Shown piece after piece: positions 58,104 through 64,000 of a stretch of DNA of 64,000 nt. The notes under the pieces were generated by a model. It did no database searches and was not told the DNA's origin. It worked only from the letters and a program-made list of their open reading frames with translations. The stretch comes from a virus, in the IMG/VR virus record IMGVR_UViG_3300007775_000001, positions 1-64,000 of that record; one strand, given 5' to 3'. The position numbers and the translations under genes were made by a program. Within the stretch, counting starts at the first letter, position 1. Each line of letters opens with the position of its first letter.

Positions 58104-58658
58104 ATGAAGCAAGAATTGACATTGCGACACTATTTGAAGAGTGTCTCTCAGCTTGAGAAAGACGAGGAGGTACTTCAAGCTTTGGCCGATGCGGTTATGG
58201 GTCTGGAGGCCCATCAGTTTCTTGTCTTCATGGCGCGAGTGAAGGATACCGTCAAGACGGATGCAGGATACCGCGAATTTATCTCGTCGCTCTTCGGGGG
58301 CAAGCGCAAGGTCAATCCGCGCGACGTGACCATCTATATCAAAATAGATGGTGCGCATGAGACCACTCATAACAAGATCAGTGCGATAAAGCATTGTCGT
58401 GCAGTGACGTATGGCGAGAACATGGGTTTGGTCTGTGATCCTGACAGGATGGGTCTAAGGGAGGCCAAAGACCTCGTGGAAGCGTCGAAGATGGGTGAGG
58501 TCAAGGTCGTTCGGCTTTCTGGCAAGGGAGCCAAAGAGGCTTCCGTCCAGTTTGCGAACAATATCATGGCGTGTGGATATGACGTTCGCGTCGAGGGTGG
58601 GGACGAGGAGTATGAGAGCGAAGTCGATGACTTCATTGCGGAGCTAAAGGCACTCTGA
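58104..58658 (+). CDS. Protein with ribosomal bL12 C-terminal-like domain
   Basis: NKISAIKHCRAVT...MGLREAKDLVE; ends DFIAELKAL. Confidence 0.65.
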   Translation: MKQELTLRHYLKSVSQLEKDEEVLQALADAVMGLEAHQFLVFMARVKDTVKTDAGYREFISSLFGGKRKVNPRDVTIYIKIDGAHETTHNKISAIKHCRAVTYGENMGLVCDPDRMGLREAKDLVEASKMGEVKVVRLSGKGAKEASVQFANNIMACGYDVRVEGGDEEYESEVDDFIAELKAL

Positions 58659-59017
58659 TGACACGAGAAGAAAACGACAAGCGGGAACGCCAGATCAGAT
58701 GTGTACGTAAGATGCTGGTCACCCTAGACCAGTTGTTGACTAGGAATACGTTCGATCAGGCTGAGAAGCATTACTATGGCCGCAAGAATGAGATTGTTGG
58801 CGGTGGCAACAACAGTATTTTTACGGGTTTGCGCAACGCTGCGTTTAGTGGTCAGCCATTCTACAAGTTCTCAGACGGTCAGACTGAGGTGGCTTATGAC
58901 TATCTGGATGAACGATTGGTGCTCGTGAATCCCAGCAAGCCTGACATGGAAGAGCGTCTGAAGAGAGACGGGGCCATGTTCGTTCCGCTCGTGGAACTGA
59001 TCAAGAAGTCGAGCTAG
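58658..59017 (+). CDS. Hypothetical protein
   Basis: 119 aa coupled ORF. Confidence 0.55.
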   Translation: MTREENDKRERQIRCVRKMLVTLDQLLTRNTFDQAEKHYYGRKNEIVGGGNNSIFTGLRNAAFSGQPFYKFSDGQTEVAYDYLDERLVLVNPSKPDMEERLKRDGAMFVPLVELIKKSS

Positions 59018-59033
59018 TTTCTACGTAGAAACT
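59016..59033. repeat. Dispersed palindrome copy 7
   Basis: AGTTTCTACGTAGAAACT filling the gap between stop and next ATG. Confidence 0.95.
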
Positions 59034-59034
59034 C

Positions 59035-60033
59035 ATGAGCAAGAAACAACCACGTATGGGCAAGAGCCTGAAAGAAGCCCTGGACAAGAAGGTGCGTGAC
59101 CAAGCTATGATCGCCGTCATGGATCATGACTTGGGTGGCGATATGTCGGATGCTTTTCGGTATTTGCTCAAGCCCATGATAGAGATTCCGGAGAAGAAAC
59201 CCAAGGAGAATAAGCCTGTTCCTCCTCTTGTTCCTATTGTGGTCGTGGCTGTGATGATGGAAGAGATGCCCATTGACAATCACGGTGGGCATGCGTGGGG
59301 CTTCAGGTCGGTTGTGCGTCATTTTGGTCAGGGGAGCAATAACGCTCGTACATACGCTGAAGACGATCTGTCGTTGGTGTGGAGAATCGAAGGTGAGGTT
59401 TATTATCAATCGTGGGAGTACCATCAAGCTCTTGGCTACGCGATGAACTACGTAGCTCAGAAGTTTGGTGCAAAGCGATACGAGCTACGAGTTGTGGGGC
59501 CGATGAAGTCCATGGAAAGTCTTTATCCATATCTGCATTGGGACTCTCTCCCCGTGTCTGCCAAGAGTTTCACATTGAACTGTTCTGGGATCGGTGACTG
59601 GCCTGCATTCAATAACTTCGCCATGAAGGAGTTGGGTTGGAAGAAGCATGAGGTCAGTGACTTCGTGACCAATCCACCACGGTTTCCTGTGGCTTTGTTG
59701 ACCACGAGAACCCTTGATTCTGCATTTGTCTATGCTGCGAAGCTATTGAAGGTCAAGGGCACTGCCCATCTGATGACCGATCAGGTTGCTTCTCGTCTGC
59801 CTGGACATCCGCAATCGGAGCGTGACAAGTACACCTACCAGGAAGGCGGAATTACAGACGAGAAGGGAATCCGTCAAGCCGTCGTGTTACGGAGACAGTG
59901 GTCGGTTTGGCGTCGTGAGTTGGCGTCTGGCAAAGTGACTCTGAAGGAGATCGAGAAGATCATCGAAATCAACAATGGGATCGATGACCGCGAGACAGAG
60001 ACCGATATGCTCAAAGAGCTAGGGAGTCTGTGA
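59035..60033 (+). CDS. Hypothetical protein
   Basis: 332 aa; ends DMLKELGSL. Confidence 0.65.
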   Translation: MSKKQPRMGKSLKEALDKKVRDQAMIAVMDHDLGGDMSDAFRYLLKPMIEIPEKKPKENKPVPPLVPIVVVAVMMEEMPIDNHGGHAWGFRSVVRHFGQGSNNARTYAEDDLSLVWRIEGEVYYQSWEYHQALGYAMNYVAQKFGAKRYELRVVGPMKSMESLYPYLHWDSLPVSAKSFTLNCSGIGDWPAFNNFAMKELGWKKHEVSDFVTNPPRFPVALLTTRTLDSAFVYAAKLLKVKGTAHLMTDQVASRLPGHPQSERDKYTYQEGGITDEKGIRQAVVLRRQWSVWRRELASGKVTLKEIEKIIEINNGIDDRETETDMLKELGSL

Positions 60034-60034
60034 C

Positions 60035-60346
60035 ATGGTCTTTGGAATGAGAGACGCGGTTGAAAAGGAAACGAGAGACATGGCTGCTCATGAGCCGATC
60101 TTGATGAGTTCTTACATCGTGCGTCTCATTGAGGCGTATAGTGATCATCCGGCGGCGGCTGCCCAAACCATAAGCGATTTGAGATGTGCATTGGATGCTC
60201 AGTTGGCTATGGAGCTTTGGTTATTACGAGATGGATACGATTCGGCAACCGGAATCAAGCTCGATCTGAAAACGGGCAAGCCGGTCGCTGCACCAAGAAG
60301 AGGGCCAACAGCAATTGACATCCTAGCGGAGCTTGATCAGCTATGA
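60035..60346 (+). CDS. Hypothetical protein
   Basis: 103 aa; ends DILAELDQL. Confidence 0.6.
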   Translation: MVFGMRDAVEKETRDMAAHEPILMSSYIVRLIEAYSDHPAAAAQTISDLRCALDAQLAMELWLLRDGYDSATGIKLDLKTGKPVAAPRRGPTAIDILAELDQL

Positions 60347-60858
60347 GCATGAGAATCTATGACCACTACGAGTGGAAGAGGAATCTGAACTCTCTGTTTG
60401 CCTTCTGTATCGAGCTACGCAAGAAGGAGCATGCTCGTCTGAAGGCTGAGTTCATGAAGATGACCAAGGAGCAACGCGGCAAGCTGTACGATGAAACCCA
60501 TGATCGAAGGAATTTCATGCAGCGTGGGTCGTGGGAGTTCGATACGAGCATCATGATCTACCCGTATGGGCAGCGACTGTTCTTCGGGTTGTTCGGCTTC
60601 AACTACAGCAATCCGATCCTGGAGACAGTGCAGCAAGATTCGCGGGTGGTGGACTTCCATTATCAGAATCAGTCAGATCGTCCAGACCATATCTCTCCGC
60701 AAGAGTGGCGTGCGCGTCGAAGGGTGTGGGACAAGATCGGTGAGCGAAGTCATGTTTTCGCTGAGATGGGCTTGTCCTTCCAGGTCACAAGTCTGGACAC
60801 GGCAACGATCATGCTCATCATGTGTGCCCACGAGGAGAACCAATGCAACGAGAACTGA
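60343..60858 (+). CDS. Hypothetical protein
   Basis: DFHYQNQSDRPD.IS..EW..R..VW. Confidence 0.6.
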   Translation: MSMRIYDHYEWKRNLNSLFAFCIELRKKEHARLKAEFMKMTKEQRGKLYDETHDRRNFMQRGSWEFDTSIMIYPYGQRLFFGLFGFNYSNPILETVQQDSRVVDFHYQNQSDRPDHISPQEWRARRRVWDKIGERSHVFAEMGLSFQVTSLDTATIMLIMCAHEENQCNEN

Positions 60859-61304
60859 CCATCCGGTATCACATCAATCAGGATGGGCTCGATGTGATGT
60901 TCGAGTTGGAAGATCGGATCATCGCTGCAATCGAGCCGTACGGTTGCAAGATGGTGAGTGCAGGTACGATGGTGGTGGGTCGTTGGAACCGGGGTTTTCA
61001 GGTACGCGGTGACGGTGTAGAATTGGCACTCGCGAAGATCACGGAAATCATGAAGACCGCGCGTGTTGAATTCGGTCACGAGTGGCGAGACATTCAAGAG
61101 GGGTCATGAATAACAAGGAATTGTGGGTCGAGGTCGGAAAGACAGTGTGGTGGTTTATCATGGTTATTCCCGCTCTGCTCTTGTTGTTCGCTGTGGCTGC
61201 TCTGGCTGATGTGGTTGAGAAGTGGGTCAACACCAACAGTGTGTGCAGGCTATACAGGGTGATCATCCCATTCCCTGGGTGGATGAAACGAGACATGAGG
61301 CGGT

Positions 61305-61706
61305 ATGTTGATCGGAATCGTGGGAAGTAGATCGATCACTGACTACACGCTCTTCAAAGAAGAGCTTGAGAAGGTCATGGTGCCAGACCCCAAGCAGGAC
61401 ATGATTGTGTCTGGTGGGGCAAATGGGATAGACTCGCTGGCAGAGCAGTATGCACGAGCGCACGGAATCCAACCGGTGATTCTGCCCGCCTTGTGGGACA
61501 ACTTCGGCAAGGGGGCGGGAAAGATCAGGAACAGTAACGTGGTGAAGGTGGCACACATCATCATCGCATTCTGGGATCAGGAGTCACCGGGAACCAAGGA
61601 CACGATTGATAAGGCTAAAGCCAATGGGAACCTTTTCGAAGTCATCCGACTCAGACCAGGGCAAACAAGCGAGAACTCGATTGCGTGTGGTGAGTTCTTC
61701 GAGTAG
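61305..61706 (+). CDS. SLOG family (DUF2493/YspA-like) protein
   Basis: IVGSRS, IVSGGANGIDSLA, AGKIRN, AFWDQESPGT. Confidence 0.85.
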   Translation: MLIGIVGSRSITDYTLFKEELEKVMVPDPKQDMIVSGGANGIDSLAEQYARAHGIQPVILPALWDNFGKGAGKIRNSNVVKVAHIIIAFWDQESPGTKDTIDKAKANGNLFEVIRLRPGQTSENSIACGEFFE

Positions 61707-61962
61707 ATTGCTCAAGATCAACTGGTGGTTCAGGCTGAAGAGCTGGGTCGGGTTCTGGATCGGTGAGCTAATCGCTCTGGTGCTGATCGTTGTTATCTTC
61801 TTCGGTAGTGTGGTTGCAGCGGTGGCGATAGCTCTATGGATGTTGCTGGCGATGGCTCTATGGATGTTGCTGGCGTTCCTGTTCGCGAATCCAAGGGGTA
61901 TAGCATTCATGATCATCGCTCTGGCAATCGCCTACTGGATCATCACGCACTGAGTGTGAATC

Positions 61963-62826
61963 ATGGCGATGCATAACGATTTTCGAGACGATTTTCGAGA
62001 CGAGGAGCGCAAGGCCAAGGAAGACAAGGTCAGCACTCTTGCCAGAGATGCACTGGATAAGGCGCACGAGATCATTGCCAAAACGGCAGCGATCACGGAC
62101 GAGAAATTCCAGGAGGAGATCAAAAAACTGGCGAAAAAGAAAGCTCTGAAACGTTTGAAATTCAAGTTGAAGCCGCATGGCAACTACGGTGTATTGGGGG
62201 GTGTGCTCTATCCAAACCAGGATGGTAGTGGTCAGGAGTCACACTTCAAGTTTTTCGATTCGCATCTGAGTAGGCTGATCGGGAAGATGATGGCGGCGAT
62301 CACTTACGATTGGTATCCATCCTTTGTGAGTGACAAGGAGATACCGGATCATCATCACTTCACACTATATCCAATCGAGATCGACACAAGCGAGTTGGAA
62401 GGCAGACTGTGCAACGTGGTAGTGTATAGGTTTGGTCTGGAGCGAGTGAATGGCAAGCATGACGAGTTTGTGTCGAATGCGCTGGATGGAACCTATACCA
62501 AAGAGAACAGCCAGATCGTGCGGTTCAATGGGTACTCACGGCATCGGGTGATCAACAGACAGGCGTTACTCGATCACATTCGGGAAGAAGAGCGTGAGCA
62601 AATCCTGAATGTGAAGCGGTACTATCAAAGCCTTGACGCGCGGAACGGTTGGTCGTTGCATCACAATGTACCGTATAGCAAGAGCTTGGCGCGTTATGTA
62701 GAGCAACTGAGACGGTTGTGTGAGGAGGGGGATATCGAGATCGTATTCAACTCTGCATTGGCGCCTAGCACGGAACCAGAGTCCGAAAAGGGGCCTGACT
62801 TCATCGAGGAGTTGAGCAAGCTGTGA
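61963..62826 (+). CDS. Hypothetical protein
   Basis: 287 aa; ends DFIEELSKL. Confidence 0.65.
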   Translation: MAMHNDFRDDFRDEERKAKEDKVSTLARDALDKAHEIIAKTAAITDEKFQEEIKKLAKKKALKRLKFKLKPHGNYGVLGGVLYPNQDGSGQESHFKFFDSHLSRLIGKMMAAITYDWYPSFVSDKEIPDHHHFTLYPIEIDTSELEGRLCNVVVYRFGLERVNGKHDEFVSNALDGTYTKENSQIVRFNGYSRHRVINRQALLDHIREEEREQILNVKRYYQSLDARNGWSLHHNVPYSKSLARYVEQLRRLCEEGDIEIVFNSALAPSTEPESEKGPDFIEELSKL

Positions 62827-63057
62827 AAGTGCGTGGTCATTGCTATCGATGCGACAAACCCATCAATGGATCGACCCAGATGATAGAACCAAAAGATTGC
62901 TGGGAATGCCAAGTCCGAATGAAATGGTGGTGGTGGCTCCTGGAGCTTGTTTGGGTTCTGCTAGTGTTGGGTACTTGTACCTATATAGTCTTTTGGTTAG
63001 GCCATAGTGGGTTGTGGTATCTTTTTGCCCTTCTTTTGTGTGGATCGTCCCACGACC

Positions 63058-64000
63058 ATGAGAAACAACAGCACTGCTGAAGAAGCCAAGTTCAAGCAGT
63101 ACCAGGATGAGAACTTCGGTGAGGTTGCATCCTGGGTGATGCGATCACGGATCGATGGTGCTACGGAGATGTTCTTAACGGACATCTATGGCAACAAGAA
63201 GGAGATCATCACGCTACCCGATGGCAAGAAGATCATTCGACAAACAGAGTATGTGAAGATGGAATCGATTACTCAGAAGTCAGCCAAAGTAGCCAAGAAG
63301 CGCAATCAGAAAGAGGCACCTAAGTTCTCTTCATCAGAGTTCAAGCGTGCTGTCTTGCCTACGATCAAGCCACGGAAGGATAAAATCTTCCCGTTGACCA
63401 AGAATGATAAGTGGGAAGCGGTAGCGTACTCTCCTGATTCGCCTGAAGCGATCCAAGATGAGCGTCAAAACAGTCGCAAGGATTTGAAAGCTCGCATTCA
63501 AGCGATGGATCGTGTCATCAAGAAGCAGATCGTGGAGAGAGACAAGCTTGCGCAAGAGCTACATGACGTGGGCAAAAACGAAGAGGGTGTCAATGCTCAG
63601 TTGTCGAAACTGCTGGGCAATGCTCGCGTGTCTCAACTGACGGTGGGGGCGGCACATCCTTATGTTGACCCGCCAAGCGACATGAACACGGATGATAAGC
63701 TTCCGTGTCCCATGATGTTCTTTCATGCCGATGATCAGGTTTCGGTGTATGCTCACTCGTTGGAGAGTGCGTATGGTTTGGCTGTGATGGTGGCACTGGT
63801 TAACGAGTTCAGTGAAGGTGAAGTGGTTGAAGATAAGGAAGACCTGTCTAATTGGGATCAGGTGAATGCGCGGGCTGCTATCTCGCTTGCTAATACGGGG
63901 CTGAAGAAGTTGGCTGAGATGTCTGTCGCGGTATACGTGTGGGGCGTCCAATGCTCTCATGGGATGTTCATTCCGATCATTCAGAAGTGTTTCGGTGACC
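63058..64000 (+). CDS. Hypothetical protein, truncated by window end
   Basis: Frame from ATG 63058 read by eye with no stop to the end of the window; absent from the ORF track. Confidence 0.65.
   Translation, partial: MRNNSTAEEAKFKQYQDENFGEVASWVMRSRIDGATEMFLTDIYGNKKEIITLPDGKKIIRQTEYVKMESITQKSAKVAKKRNQKEAPKFSSSEFKRAVLPTIKPRKDKIFPLTKNDKWEAVAYSPDSPEAIQDERQNSRKDLKARIQAMDRVIKKQIVERDKLAQELHDVGKNEEGVNAQLSKLLGNARVSQLTVGAAHPYVDPPSDMNTDDKLPCPMMFFHADDQVSVYAHSLESAYGLAVMVALVNEFSEGEVVEDKEDLSNWDQVNARAAISLANTGLKKLAEMSVAVYVWGVQCSHGMFIPIIQKCFGD

Overview
A 64 kb segment of a large tailed dsDNA bacteriophage with a contractile-tail-type baseplate. A two-component spanin points to a Gram-negative host. Nearly all genes are on the + strand. 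Order: baseplate/tail-fibre genes (1-10.2 kb); lysis cassette (10.2-12.5 kb); UvsW-like helicase (the only convincing minus-strand gene), DnaB-like helicase and primase; a promoter-dense early cluster (WGR protein, histone-deacetylase-family enzyme, MoxR AAA+ ATPase, VWA partner); a displaced virion-appendage module (26-29 kb); pyrF, DUF1643, tRNA-Arg and a pseudo-tRNA; HD hydrolase and ART-like genes; a replication/recombination block (DnaE, UvsY-like, SSB, RecA, Mre11/Rad50, ThyX, RecU-like); ParB-N plus DNA methylase; then many small early genes. Three patterns not explained by these annotations stand out. (1) About ten unrelated proteins end in the same 9-residue motif, D-hydrophobic-hydrophobic-x-E-L-x-x-[LI]-stop. 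(2) A hairpin at 23.6 kb displays the exact antisense of a leader/RBS motif (AACCTGAACGGAGAGA) shared by several early genes. (3) A parS-like perfect palindrome, GTTTCTACGTAGAAAC, occurs seven times. Two ORF-free structured regions are candidate ncRNAs. All functional calls are from motif recognition by eye; no database searches were run.
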